Shown: in pieces, positions 36,734-51,369 of the stretch | How the letters are laid out: every line of letters begins with the position of its first letter | Position numbering within the stretch: position 1 is the first letter of the stretch | DNA from: Mytilus trossulus | Taxonomy: Eukaryota | Reading direction: 5' to 3' | DNA length: 64,000 nt | NCBI RefSeq assembly: GCF_036588685.1 | Contig: NC_086382.1 | Coordinates: forward strand, 496,001 to 560,000 | The notes under the pieces: model-generated | Databases searched by the model: none | What the model saw: only the letters and a program-made list of their open reading frames with translations | What the model was told of the DNA's origin: nothing | Made by a program: the position numbers and the translations under genes

Positions 36734-39700
36734 TTAAAGACGTATTTTCATGAAATCAGAGAAATAATATATCATAAATATATTTAGAGATACATGTATT
36801 TGTACAGTTATATTATAAAATGTGCAAAGTAATGTCTTGTAAACATTATACTTATTGTGTATCATTAGACTTATGAAGGTTACATTTATATTTGGTACAG
36901 GACCATACTAGTTTGATGTCTTAATGATCTTGTGATGTTACAAATAAGGTCTATTTAATTTCGCTCAGTGAATGAACTGTTTGTGTCTTGTGAATATGGT
37001 TAGTTATCTGTAGACCAATAATTATATGTAAACATATAAAAAAACATTGTGCATTCGCAAATCAATGAATGAAAGATAAGTGTAATATTATTAGACAGAA
37101 TGTATCAATTAATCCTGACTTATAGTATATTATTGAGTTTAATTTGAATTTATACATTTCAAAAACATGCACTTTATACTATTGGTTGTATTCTGATAGC
37201 ACACAGCCAGTTTATAGTATTTTATATAATGTATTTTCTATTTAAAAGATTAGAGTTATATCCCTTTGTATAAAGTAACTTGCATGTATGCATATATGTT
37301 TGTTATTTGTGCATTTTCAGTGTTAATTATTGATTTCGAATGAAAGAAATTTTTAATCTAGACGAATTACTTTTGTTCCAATCAATGAGCCCTACAACAT
37401 TTGGCTCCTGTGTGTTCGTTAGACGTTTCAACGACATCTTTCGATATAGAGCCTCACTAAAGAGATTGATCTACGACGTCACCATGGTCACATCAACCGG
37501 AAGACAAAAAAATAAAACAAGTGTGTGAAAGTTGTTTACTGTACAGGCTTTTTACTGTTCTATACGTTGTTCATGTAAAGAAATGGTGAGAATATACAAT
37601 TAGGTTACACTTTATATAAATATATTACAAATATTTTGTATAAGAAAGCTATTATTTACTCAAGCGACACACTGTCCTTTGCAAAGCAGTGAGCGTAACG
37701 CTCTTTTGACTGTTGTTTATACAAATTAGATAAAATCACTGATTTGTCATTACCTCCTGATAAATTAATGGGTTGCAGAACCTAGTATATGTTAATTATT
37801 ATTACAGGCATAGAAATATGCGTCATCTGTAATGGAAGTAAATAAAAATTAAAAAAAAAAATGTGGTTTGCTTGTGTTTTTAATTTATGCACATGTAATT
37901 ATAAAATAAACTACATTTGTGTGCATCATTTTATACTTTTATATTATATATAGTTATACATGTAGATGGATATATATAGAGGTTGAATGAAAAACAAAGA
38001 TATAATAATAAGTTGATACTTGTATTAAATGATATTTATTTATTAATCCTGTGAAATGGAAACAGATCAACCGTAAACAAAGAATAAGAACAGGTAAGCT
38101 TTTACGTTTTGATATTTAACCTGTTTTTGTATAGTTTTATACACTACCATTAAGTAACTTTAGATGAATTTACTTTAACATTTAACTCAGAAAATGAATG
38201 ATTTCATAGAAACCAGTTTCGAATGACCACATACATGATTGCTTGTGTGTATAAGAGGGGGAAGAGGGGAGATTGATCAACAATTACATGTACATGCTTT
38301 TCCACAAACTATGCCAGATATGTATTTATGAGAGGCTTGCCTTACCAAAATTTACCTATGTTTTTATTTATACCATTAACATAAGTTGTATTAAAAAGGG
38401 TATAAGAAGAGTAAGGAAAACTAACTCCGTATTAGGAGATTACTTTAAGGCAATCCAAGGTGAACAGACAAACAGTATCAGTACAATGTATAATTAATCT
38501 ACATAAAAAAGTTAAAAAAAGTGTGATTTTAAAAAAATGAATTCTTCTGGCAGTAAATTTTCCAGAGTAACAATTTGAAAGAGGATATATGAATACATGT
38601 TGACAATTTAGGGTTGGGGTGGGGGATGGGAGGTTTAATTATATGTTAAGGGAGACCAATCATTATTGAGCTTGTCAAATATAGATTATTAATAAAAAAA
38701 AATAATACTTCCAATATTTCACATTTTTTTTTCAAAATCATTCACATAAAAACCATCTCAAATTGAAGTTAACATCATTTAAGACAAACCCTCTAAAGTT
38801 GATTTTACTTTTCAGCAAAACACCAATCATCTGCAAGTAGTTAAAGATTTTAGTCTAATAACCACTTGGCATTAATAGAACTTGGGAAGATCACCAAATA
38901 CTTACGCGAACTTGAAAACAATTTAATATGCACTATCCTACGGCAGGTTTCAAAATATAAAGATGACATATGCATAAATGTAGGGCCTAACAGTTGTCAT
39001 TTGGATCAGACTTTACATACATGTATCAGCATAAGAATGGCTTCAAGTTTGGAAAAATTATGTTCTGCTCGTTTTGGCATCAGCACTAGGAAAACAAATC
39101 ATAAAAATTCTTCGGCATAATCGTTCGCTTCATAATGACATAGAACTTTAGCAATATCTTGATTAAGTTAGAACTGATATCAACATAAGTAATATCGACC
39201 TATGAAGTCGAACACGATGAGTTTTTCACTTAGGTAGAACATTAAAAGACAGACGTGTGCGAGTGCGATGGTTGAGCTCAATATATCTAGAAATGTTTCT
39301 ACATAAGCACTCGACGGAATACATCTGGAGGAGGAGGGACACACGTTTATACCAGAACACCTAAAATGGGATATTATGACATGTATGAAACCATATATAT
39401 CAGAAAACATAGCCTCTGTATAAGGTGATGACTGTTCGAACACATGTTACTATTTGAAAGTAATCCATGTCCTAGTTGATCTGACAGTAAAAATTTTCCC
39501 AGGATAATGTTTGTGTTATCCTAGGACCATTGCTGCAACACACATTTTAAAAATACACCAGGAATTGTATTTCGCACTAATTACATATTTCGTTCATCTG
39601 AGGATTCTATTCCATCAAGATTTACAGCACGTCACCAGCTGAAAATGGGCGCTATGAGTGAACACATATATCATGCATCAAGAACACACAATGACGAAGC

Positions 39701-40189
39701 AATTGAACCTGATGAATTGATACAACCAAACTTATTTTCATCCCGCTTTGGTGAATAAACATACATCAACCATTTTAATGTGTTCAGATAATGGCTGCTG
39801 CATGAACAACTACTGGTTTAGATACAACTTGAGCATAAGTACATCAGTAAATTAAATATGATAACAATACTGTTAGAATTGAACAAATCAGGTCAAATGT
39901 GGCAGCTTTGGACTATCGGTTTAAAAAAAATAAATAGCAAATATATCGAACTCCGAGGAAAATAATAACCTTATTGTCCGTAAGAAAATGGCAAAATATA
40001 ATGCTCAAACACATCGAACGAATGGACAACAACTATCATATTTCTGACTTGGTACAGGTATTTTCTTTGAATTCCGTCAAGAAGTTTCTATAATGCAATG
40101 TTAAATTACTAATGAACAGCCTGGTTCAACTCACAATGAACGTTGACTCACATCGTGGATAAAGGATACCATATCAGCTATGTACACTA

Positions 40190-41857
40190 CCATTAACTGT
40201 TGAAGGAATTATCAATGCATATCTAACATTTTGCTGCACTCAAATAGCTGTGATGGAGATCGTTTTTGCAATTGCATAGACATAAAAACGAAGAAAGGGG
40301 GATAAAGATTTCTAGAGCATTGCAGATAAGCGAGATACCAACAACATTTTACAAAAAGTATGACAGAGATTTTAAACCTTGTTCAGTGTAGAATTTATAA
40401 AAAGTATCACTGAAATTTAGAATTTAGCTCAAGGCCCATACAATTCCCAAGATAGACAATTCACTTTTAAACAGCAGACAGACTGTAACGTTAAAATGTA
40501 TTTAGGAAATATACAAGACTATCAAATTAATTAACATAAGCCTTGACACAATCTTGACCGTGACCAAATCAAGCCTCTGGAAAAAAAATTCTGGAGAGAA
40601 GAATACCACTACAGTGTTAGAACAAGAATATTTCAGAAACTTTGTTGGACAAGACAACATTATCCCTGGGTAACTATTTGATCAGAAGTAACCTCTGTAC
40701 AAATGGTATAGATCACAAAGTATTAATTAACCAATTTAAAGCTATGAAAAATTCATAGAAGTATATGCCATGCGATAACAAATATTAAACCAGAACATGT
40801 CAATTTAGAAGAGAAACCGCAAAAAGCGAAAAAAAATGACAATGGATTTCAAAAACTTTAGTTCAATTAAAAATTTGTTCTTTCCTTATCAGTCATCAAA
40901 CCTGACTGTTATAAATCAACCACGAACAAATCATGAAATGTAAAAGTCTTTGAATACAATACTGAAGAAATTAATAATCTAGCTGTAGAACCATCAAATA
41001 AGGACAAAAATGTTCCAATACTCAACAATCTACTTTTCTTCAATTTTAAAGATATGCCAAATCATATATCACTGCCAAAATAGTTGAATTTTGCAAGAGC
41101 AAACTTTAAACAGGTGCAACAACTGTTAAAATATGTATCCTGCAACATCATCAAGAAGCTCCTCACAGATTTATTAAGCGTGCAAAGAGTAATTGTTTGC
41201 GACGAAAAATATTCATTCATCCCTAGAATATTTATGGCTAGAACAAGATAAAACCGCTTATTGTTATTCATGCGTAATTACTTAGTTCACGGAAAAAGTA
41301 TGTACTATGAAAATTAGAAGGCAAATTCAAGCAATTTGATTGGACGAGAAGTTGTAAGTATGTGCTAAGGTAGATGTTTCCATAATTTCTTAATGTCTGT
41401 TATGGAATTTCCCGAGACCTCGGTATCACTGCACGCAGCTGATAAAAAGGCTTACTTTCCGCTCGAATGCAAATGGTGTAACTGCAAAGGATCGTGCACA
41501 ATCAAGACGTGCAAATGCAGAAAAAGTTATGGTACCGTGTGGAAGTAAATGCCATCCTTAGCGTAAATTTAAGAATACAATTCGCAATGAAAACTAACTG
41601 TGGCATCAATATTGGATTTTTATATAGCCTTTGATTATACAATTTATACATTTTCATGTTAACATCATTGTTTTGTTTTAGATAAAGTTTATTAATTTTT
41701 GAAAAAAACCTATATGGTCCAAATACTCATGTGGTCCGGCCCGTTAATAACCAAACCAGTATATATATACCCATACGCGTACGGTCGGACCATATGAGTA
41801 TACGTATATGGTCATGATAATACGCGTATGGTCCAAATACTCATATGGTCCGGAACA
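40190..41857 (+). mobile_element. Relic of a Ginger/KRBA2-like integrase DNA transposon with a repetitive right terminus
   Basis: GPYTI (GPY/F-like motif) at ~40433. SVSLHAA...CNCKGSCTIKTCKCRK (frameshift) VPCGSKCHP at 41419-41558. Palindromic subrepeats atatggtcc/ggaccatatg end in ...tccggaaca. Confidence 0.5.
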
Positions 41858-42990
41858 AATATATGCTTAGTATACTTATGCATTCTTTTCACCAGGAAAC
41901 AATCATTACTATAATTGAGTTATCTTTCTTTGCACATTGTGTATATTATACTTAGATAAATTGATTAAGTTATTTCAGAAACTGATTGTACTTTATAATT
42001 TCATCAGTCATTTGCATTAGTATTTTGCATTGGAGATATAGACTTATTATTGGTTTAATTATTATTTTCAGTTGTCTTTTATTAATCCAAAATTTAATTC
42101 AACTTATGAGATTGTAAAAGAAAGCTGACTGAATTTATTTTTATTTTTATCTTCTAATACTTTTATTTATTAATACTTAAAATTTCTTTTTCAGTTAGTT
42201 TAGTTACATTATACCAGATTTAATGCTCTAATTTGATTTTTCAGATCTATTGATTATTATCTAATTTGTATATACAACTGTTTCGCAAATCGCGCCTCTT
42301 TTGGGGAGATTTATACTATTCATAGTTATTCTGTTATGTTGACATACGGGTTCCCAGATATTATCTCTATGTTTATCTCGTAGACACATACCTTTGTGAT
42401 GTTACCCGTCTAAATAGACATAAGTAGCGGTGAAATTGAATTTTGAGGACGACCCAAAGTGAAAGTACAGAATTTTAGTATAACTTTGAACGCTAAGAAC
42501 GTCAGGGCATATAAATGAGTAATTTATGCTGAACAGCACAATATTTGACATTTGACAAATAGAAGCGTTTATAAGCTTTCCTTGCTAGGATTATTTTTAC
42601 GAAACTTAAAAGTAAAAGTGATACAGTTTTATCTTCCTCTTTAATTTTATACTTGTTTAGCTTTCTATATGTTTTGAATCTGAGCGTCACTCATAAGTCT
42701 AGGCATAGATTACCTTAGCCGTATTTGGCATAACTTTTTGGAATTCAACCCTAACCCTTCAATGCTTCTCAACTTTATACTTGTTTGGTTTTCTAACTAT
42801 TTTGATACAGGGAACGCTTACCCTTCCGGACCACCTGATTTCACTCCCAGTTTTTTAGTGGAGTTCGTGTTGTTTCTTTATTTTTATTTATAACTGTTGA
42901 TGTAAATGTTCTTTGGTTTTGTGAGTCTTTCAATACTCCTTGGTTTTGATTGTTATTATCTTGATCTGAGTGTCACTGGTGAGTCTTAAT

Positions 42991-43400
42991 GCTGGCGTCA
43001 CACATTGGCGTATAGACCGAAGTGCACTAGACGTACATGGACAAATTGACCAAGTCCGTAAACGTTAGGTGCACACATAAGTTTGAAGTACGTCGACATA
43101 CATAGGTATACGCGTGGTGAATTTTTTTCAATTTCACCTAGGTCTAGCGTTTGTCAAGCATATACCTGTTCGCTACACGCAGGTAAAACATTCGTTAAAA
43201 GCGCGTTGAAAAACGCTATAGATAAGTTTGAGACACGTTTAGATCACGTTGTATACGCCTCAAGACCGTCCGAATTTTACCAGGACTTTTACTTGGACGT
43301 ATGCGGGCCGTGTTTGTAACATACGCCTGTCGTAGTTTCAGCGCTCCCGAAAATAAAACAAAACAAAACAGCACCCGTGACGTATGCAAACGTATTATGA
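42991..43400. mobile_element. CpG-rich MITE fragment; a longer copy in opposite orientation at ~56993-57667
   Basis: Terminal ggcgtcacacat..gcgtatag in both copies. 43007-43068 matches the reverse complement of 57603-57665. Confidence 0.65.
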
Positions 43401-45837
43401 CATTCAACGAATCTTGCTCTGACATTTATATAATCGCATATGTCCTTGAATATACAAGACCAGGTATATCCAGAATTAGTACAAACAATGAAATTGAGAT
43501 ACAAATGGGGTATATGTCAAAGAGACAACAATTCGACCAAAGAGAAGATTACAGCCGAAGGCTACCGAAAGGTAAGTTGACATCAGCTGTGTCAACTCGG
43601 AAGCAGAAAAAAATGTATTAATTATGTTGACTACTTCAGACTATTGATGTTTGATATTTGTGTCAATATTATATTTGATAATGCTTTAGTGGATTATACT
43701 GAGTCTTTTGTAGACGAAACGCGCGTCTGGCGTATATACTAAATTTAGTCCTGGTATCTATGATGAGTTTTTTTCATTAGATAACTAATGGTTGCAGTAT
43801 CAGTGCATCGCAGCATCATATATTAATATATTTCAATCGTTTTTCTTATATGTATTATGTTAAAAAGTTCGAAATGACATGGACGTCATTTTAGATGCCA
43901 GGGTACCGTAGAGATAAAATCAAAAGATACTTTGTTCATAATATTTATTCTAGAATAGTTGTTTTATTCTATATCTATGAACCGTTCATCAATTCTTCTA
44001 TTATCTTATGTAATCTTAGTTTCTTGCTATGATACCACTTCTAAGTACTGTAGTTTAACTCTATTTTCTGATTCATTAGTCAGTCAGTAATATGTCAAGG
44101 TACCTTGTCTGCAAATTCATTGCGTTCAAAGTTTACCACACGTTTTGTATAACTTAAGCTTGAGAGAGAAAGTTTTTATGTCATAGAATACAACAGCCAT
44201 ACTTATAATATTTAAAGTGTTATATATTCTAAACACCAAATCCATATTATTCAGGTAAGTTACTGAATAATGATGACACCAGGGTTTTCGATATCACAAA
44301 CAAGTCAAAACATTTACTAAATTTTATCATCGGTATAAGGACATCATTCGTAAATATAGCTTAACATGCAGACTTCTCATACGTTCAGGTATTTCACATC
44401 TAATTTTTTTATGGAAATATTCTTTATTAAGCACAAAGGTGTCAGAAACTATCAAAACCTTTGAATAGACTTATTAAGAAGGGATTTAGTTACGATTCTG
44501 TTGTCAGGTCATTAAAGATTGCATATTTTGGCGTTAATATTGATTCACTTATAGGGTCGTTGCATCGAAACTAAACACATTTATTAAAAAAAACAAGTTG
44601 TTGGCATGACACGGGTTATGTTCTTCTCATATATGTTATGATGGTATGATACTGAACCCGTAACGGGAAGGATTGTGCCTTATGTTCATAGAATGAAATC
44701 TTTCAGTCAGTTTAATTGAAGTCTGGAGCTGGTAGTCTGTTGTTATTTATGTATTATTGTCATTTTGTTTATTTTCTTTGGTTACATCTTCTGATATCGG
44801 ACTCGGATTTCCCTTGAACTGAATTTAAATGTGCGTAGTGTTATGCGTTTTCTTTTCTACATTGGCTAGAGGTATAGGGGAGGGTTGAGATCTCACAAAC
44901 ATGTTAACCCCGCCGCATTTTTGCGCCTGACCCAAGTCAGGAGCCTCTGGCCTTTGTAAGTCTTGTATTATTTTAATTTTAGTTTCTTTGGAAATTAGTA
45001 TCGCGTTCATTATCACTGAACTAGTATATATTTGTTTAGGGGCCAACTGAAGGACGCCTGTTTTTTTTTTCTATAGTCGGGTTGTTGTCTTTTTGACCTA
45101 TTCTTCATTTCCATTCTCAATTTTAAAAATCAAAGTAATAAATTGATTATTCATGAATCAATGAATGGTTTGATTGAATGGGTTGTGTACTTTAATTGAA
45201 CAGAATGTATCATTTAATGCCGACTTTATATATTTTTGTAGTGTCATTGAATTATAAATTTAAAATACATAAACTGTAATTGGTTGTATTCGAATTTAAC
45301 TGACCCATTTTTATCGTATTTCACTGCTCTTTATCCGTTTTCAAGATAAGAGTAATATCCCTTTGTACGTTGTATTGTCTATGTAAAATATTTTGTTAAT
45401 TGTGTATTTTCAGGTCATCTATTTATCTTGAATGTCATACTAGTAATCGCCTTTAATCTAGACGATTCACTTTTATTAAATAAACCAACCAAATAACGAA
45501 TATGTTACATATAAATGAATGTTGTAATTTTATTATGAACTAAATTGTTAAGGAGTAAAAAAGTCCTGCTCAGTATGAAAATAACTTAATCATCATGTTC
45601 ATATAAAAGTCATAAATTAAAACAAAACTACAAAAATCTGTCATCATGATTCGTCGACAAAATTCTTAAAAAAATCGAACAAATATTAATATATATACAT
45701 GTATATAAAATGAACAGTTACATTTTTCACTTGGAACAGGGGCAGAACTAAATCAGTAGATTAGATTTTGCACATGATATATCATTCTAATGTGGTTTTA
45801 AAGTTATTATGTTTGTTACAGAGTCTAGGATTTAGCC

Positions 45838-45895
45838 ATGACTGATCCAATTGAAATAAGGCAGAATGGAGTTCAGCCTGTTGACGAAAAAACAG
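45838..45895 (+). CDS. Candidate first coding exon of the Schlafen-like gene (MTDPIEIRQNGVQPVDEKT-)
   Basis: Acceptor tttgttacag ending at 45821, gccATG context, donor AG|gtttgt. Its phase-1 end is compatible with the exon at 59028. Confidence 0.45.
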
Positions 45896-46837
45896 GTTTG
45901 TATAGATAATTGCGATTCTACCAATTTCTTGACCTTGTCTTTAGTCATTCCGAACAATTTAATTAAACATGAGAACCTCGGAGGATAGAACCGCTAATTT
46001 TTGAAATACTAAGGCTTTTCTAACTCCGAAATATATGCTGATACATCCCGTCAGTGTGTTTGTATTGTCTTTTGTTTTATCTGGTGTGTTTTGTATATGC
46101 GACTTTTTGTGTTTTTTTCGATCTTATAACGTGACTCTGTACTTAAAAAGATCCCGTCATAATGTTATTGTTCTATTATATGTCATTATGTGATAGTTCT
46201 ATTGAAAATTAGAAAATACTTTGAACGACAAAATGATTTAAATAGCACAATGGTATTAACCATTTGTGGATTCTTAAAAGTTCCAAAGAACTTCTAAACA
46301 ATTTTAAATCGCGGTCTATTTCTGATATTAATTCTTACATATTTTTGTTTTTTATCCCTGTATGCCAACTTTTTCAATGTGAAATTAAAAAAATGATTTG
46401 AATAAACATTAAACGACAAAATTTCTTCCTATGTGACATATACATTCTCTGACGTCAGACATGCGAAGCAATGAATGCGTTTTTAATTTGATAGACGCTT
46501 TTGTGCTTTTTGTAAAATTGTTTGTTTTAAGATTGTAACACAGTGAAAACTGCTATACCCATATTAAGACTATGTTATCTATTATTTCTGTTTTGATCAC
46601 GCATCGTTGTAAATATAACGGAATTTGATGAGACTGTCGAACAAGTGAGAGGTTACGCGCTATAAAACCATGTTCTATCCACCATTTTCCACATTTGATA
46701 ATACATATACCAAGTCAGAAATATGACAGTTGTTGTCCATTCGTTTCATGTGCTTTATCATTTGATGTTGCCATGTGATTATGGACTTTCCGATTGAATT
46801 TTGCTCGCAGTTCAGTATTTTTGTGATTTTACTTTTT

Positions 46838-47400
46838 ACCTTAGCTGTATTTGGCAAAACTTTTAGGAATTTAGGTCCTCAATGCTCTTCAACTTCGTAC
46901 TTTGTTTGGCATTTTAACTTTTTTGGATTCGAGCGTCACTGATGAGTCTTTTGTAGACGAAATACGCGAAAGTAGTACATATTAAAAACATAAACAGTTC
47001 CTTCTCATTGCTCTTTTTTTACCAGTAGATGATTTGTTTTGGAAGTTCAAGTATCAAATGAAATCCTGTGGACTTGTGATCACCATAAAACCCTTGTTGT
47101 AAATTTCTTGTAGTCAGTACTTCGATATTGACATGCATACCAATTATATTTTTATAAATTTCCTGTTACAAAACTTAGATTTTTTCACAGAACTAAAGAG
47201 TTTCTTATCTAAAGAATATATTTCTGTAGTCTATTTGGCAGAACTTTTTTTAAGATATTGGGTCTTCAATGCTTTTAAACTTGTACTAGTTTCGCATTAT
47301 AACTATTTTGATCTGAGCGTCACTGGTGAATCTTATGTAGACGAAACGCGCGTTTGGCGTTTAAATTATAATGATTATCCTGTTACCTTTGATAACTATT
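46838..47400 (+). mobile_element. Retrozyme-like repeat with two minimal type I hammerhead ribozyme motifs 384 nt apart
   Basis: gcgtca-CTGATGA-gtct-tttgt-agac-GAAA at 46933-46962 and gcgtca-CTGGTGA-atct-tatgt-agac-GAAAcgcgcgtt-tggcgt at 47317-47360. Each is preceded by a homologous tatttggca...tcaatgct segment. Confidence 0.75.
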
Positions 47401-49734
47401 GACATGAAATAACTGCCACTTTATTTCAACTTAAGACAAAGTAGCTATTAATGTTTGAAATTGTAGATTTTTTAAAATACAGAAAGCAATGGGCTATAAA
47501 TTAGTGGTATTATACCTAAAGAGCATGTAATGCTAACCTAGATCAACATGTTTCTCAAGTAATGTAAGACTTTCACGAAAGACAGTTGTACCTGATTATG
47601 AAATAACAACTTTTAAGTACACTGGTGTAAATGTTTATTCACAGTGCAGAGCAAAGATAAGAAATAACTAGAAAAAAATGCTACTTAGAATGATATGACT
47701 TAATTTGAAAGTATTTTTTAAAAACTCTATTATTGATAGAAAAATATGTGGGATGAGTAACAAGTATGTTGGTAGACAAAATATCGTTAATAATTGTTAT
47801 ATTCAAATAATCGAAAAAGTATAACAAAAATATCGAAGTCCAAGGTTATTTTAAAAAAACAAAGGGCAGTCCTTTTTAAATATAACATTAGTAAAAATGT
47901 AACTTTTTTACAAATTAGTCGAGTCACAATGTGGTATAATAAAATGAAATACCAAATTGTAAAAAAGGAAATATGTCGATAAAAAAAAAAACAACATTCG
48001 GGAACCCATTGAAAAATAGAGGGTTTTCCATATATATATATAAAAAAAATGGAACTTTGTTCCACTTCTCATATATAACCGATAGTTTTCCCAACCTACT
48101 CACATATTATCAAACTATAAAGGTGACATTTTCAAGCGGCACGTCCTATCACTTTGTATGAAGTCCCCCTCCCTCTCGATGTAAACATGCATCAACAACA
48201 TACAACACAACTGTTTAAAAATACCAAACAATCATATCAATATATCTAACAAAGACGCATACAGAAAATGTGTAAAACATAGTTTATTTGAATTAAACAA
48301 TGACATCAACACAAAGTATTTGTTGTTGGTCTCATATACTATATACTTTAGAGATAAGGTTAATATTAAGCAAATACAAATACAAATAAGAAAAAAAAAA
48401 CCACTGTAAAAACGCTTTGGGTATGAATCATGATATGGCAAGCCGTTTTACTATTCATTCAAATTATATCTAAGATATCGAATAAACCTCATACTATATC
48501 TTATATTTAGTTTATAAGACATCTCATTTCTGTAAACGATATATTTAATACACTATTTAAGATATCTTATTTGCTATACGAGATCTTTGTTAAACCATAT
48601 GAGATATCTTATAAACTGTTTGAGATAGCTTGTAATCTGTATGATATATTTTATAAAAAGAGAGGGACGAAAGATACCAAAGGGACAGTCAAACTAATAA
48701 ATCTAAAACAAACTGACAACGCCAAGCCTAAAATAACAAAAAAACAAACAGAAAAACAATAGTACACAGGACACAACATAGAAAACTAAAGAATAAACAA
48801 CACGAACCCCACCAAAAACTAGGGGTGATCTCAGGTGATTCGGAAGGGTAAGCAGATCCTGCTCAACATGTGGAACCCGTCGTGTTGCTTATCAAAAGTA
48901 AAAAACACAAAAATACTGAACTCCGGGGAAATTTCATAAAGGAAAATCAAAAATCAAAAGTCAAAATCGAATGTCCAAACACATCAAACGAATGGATAAC
49001 AAATGTCATATTCCTGACTTGGTACAGGCATTTTCTAATGTAGAAAATGGTGGATTAAACCAGGTTTTATAGCTAGCTTAACCTCTCACTTGTATGACAG
49101 TTGCGTACAAAATGTCAAAAATAGGGTACAGCAGTCAATATTATGTTATCGTCTTAATATCACTACAAAAACAACAAATGTAACGAAGAAACCAAAAAGG
49201 CATACATCAAATTTAACATACTCATTTTGTTTTTCTTATAAAGTAAAGTCTACCCGTAAAGGACAGAAGGTTTTCAGTACTGGTGTGAAATTGCGCGTTT
49301 GAAATTCGCACAGGTAGACATAAAAAATAATTTTGTCGTTCAACGTATGACGGCATACATAAATGCAGATTCACGTAAAGTAGATATAACAAAAACAGAC
49401 TAAACATAAAGTAATGATAATAAATAAAATAATAGCGTGGTTCAAAGTATGACGGAATACATAAGTACAGTTTCACGTCAAATGTATATCATAAAAACAG
49501 ACTGAACAGAAAAAGTAGTATAATTGAATAAAATAGTTTTGTCATTCATAGTATGTCAAGGTCAATAAGTAAAAGTAATATTAATTAATGAAATAATTTT
49601 GTCGTTCAAAGTATGATGATTTACATAACCACAGAGTCACTTTAAAAGAATATCTCAAAAAACTGACTTAACAGTACAAGTAATATTAATAAAGACAAAT
49701 AAAAGAATACTATAACACGTTATTAAGATGATAA

Positions 49735-50870
49735 CCAACGTCAGTACGCAAAATCTATAAATTCAAGACCATCTTGTATTATTTGTGAAGTTGGTACGGA
49801 ATATTTATCAATAAGTTCTGGGTATCTTCCGATGAACTTTTTTAGAAAAAGGACGAGACGTTCTATGACATACCCCTGATTCATCAACTTTCTGCTCAGA
49901 CACTGGTGACGTTTTACAAAGTCTGAGTAGGCGCTGCAAGCTCTTTAATACCCAATAAGTTGGGAAATGTATATTCCATATACAGGTGAAGTTGGTATAT
50001 TACTTCTAAGGTGGTGATAATTTCAAAATTAAAATCGTCTTGTTTGTCATAGATTCTGGTACTGACATGACTGTGTATGTCAAATTCGAATTATAAGTCT
50101 AAAAATGAGGCGGAGGAAGCCGTGTCTGTGGTCTCTTTGATTTCTAGTTCTGGTGGGTATATTAATGGAACCCAATCAGAAAAGTTCGGATTGTTGATGG
50201 AAAGAACATCATCAATATATCTGAAAGTAAAATTAAATAACCTGGCTTCTTTGATCTTCTTGTTTTTGACAAGTGTCTGAAGGAACTCCGATTCATATGA
50301 AAATAAGAAGAGGCGGACAGTTCGTTCCCATAGGAATGTCGACAATTTGTTGAAAAAGTCTACCTCCAAATTCAACTAATATGTTGTCAATCAGAAACCC
50401 CAGCATACTGATTACTTGCTCCTCTGTGTAGTATGTTTTACCCTTTTGTTCCTTATTAACAAAATATGCCTTATGGTATCCCAAAGTGATAAATTTATAG
50501 CGTATTATACCATTTTTATGATGAAAAGCATTGTGGATTATTTCTGTTAGACGGTTTTTCAATTTTACATGGGGAATGGTAGTATTCAAGTTTGAAGAAT
50601 CAAAAGTTTTAATAGAACTAATTTCAGAAAAAGACCGAGATTTAAAATTATCCAGAAGTTCTTTAGAGTTTTTAAGAATCCACAAACTGTTAATACCACT
50701 ACGCGAGTAAACAGTTTCACAGCATATCTGAAGACCCTCTTTAATTGCGGACAGAATTTTAGTCAATCTAATGGACAATTCTTTAGTAGAACAAACAGTT
50801 GAGCCGGCAATGTATCGCTGTTTGTACGGAATTTTGTGAAGTTAAGGTATCCAATACAAACAAGGTAAGA
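49735..50870 (-). mobile_element. Degenerate Penelope-like reverse transcriptase fragment
   Basis: IKTFDSSNLNTTIPH, FLIDNILVEFGGRLFQQIVDIPMGTNC, LFLFSYESEF, FRYIDDVLSINN and ASFLDL, interrupted by frameshifts. Confidence 0.85.
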
Positions 50871-51369
50871 TATCCGATTTGTTGTGATTACAAATCCGGT
50901 AAATGGTCCGAGAACACAATTATTTCGTAGTGCATTTCTTTTAGAACATAAATGTAAATAAAAAAAGTCCCACCTGCGCTTTCTCAAAGAAACTTTTACA
51001 GTGTGTTGTACTACTTTTGGGACAAATTATATCAAAAGTATAGAAAACTTCATCGGCTCTAACTCAAAATATGGACAATTGTATGTTTCGGGCGTCTTGA
51101 AATCTTTTGACAGCTTCCGAAGTGCTAATTTTAAACTTTTTTCAGCCGGACCAAATCACTACTTTCCTTATAAAATTCTGGACCCACATTTTTTACAGTG
51201 TAAGTTCACCCCCCTACATGCAATTTGAGGCATTAAACATGGAGAAATAAATTTGGAAGGGGTAAACAAATTAATGGCAAGTAACCCACTGTCAACACTT
51301 GGGTTTATATTTGTGAACAACGAGAATCAAGGGAGACAATGGTGGTCTCGGACCAAATAGTCTTATTCG

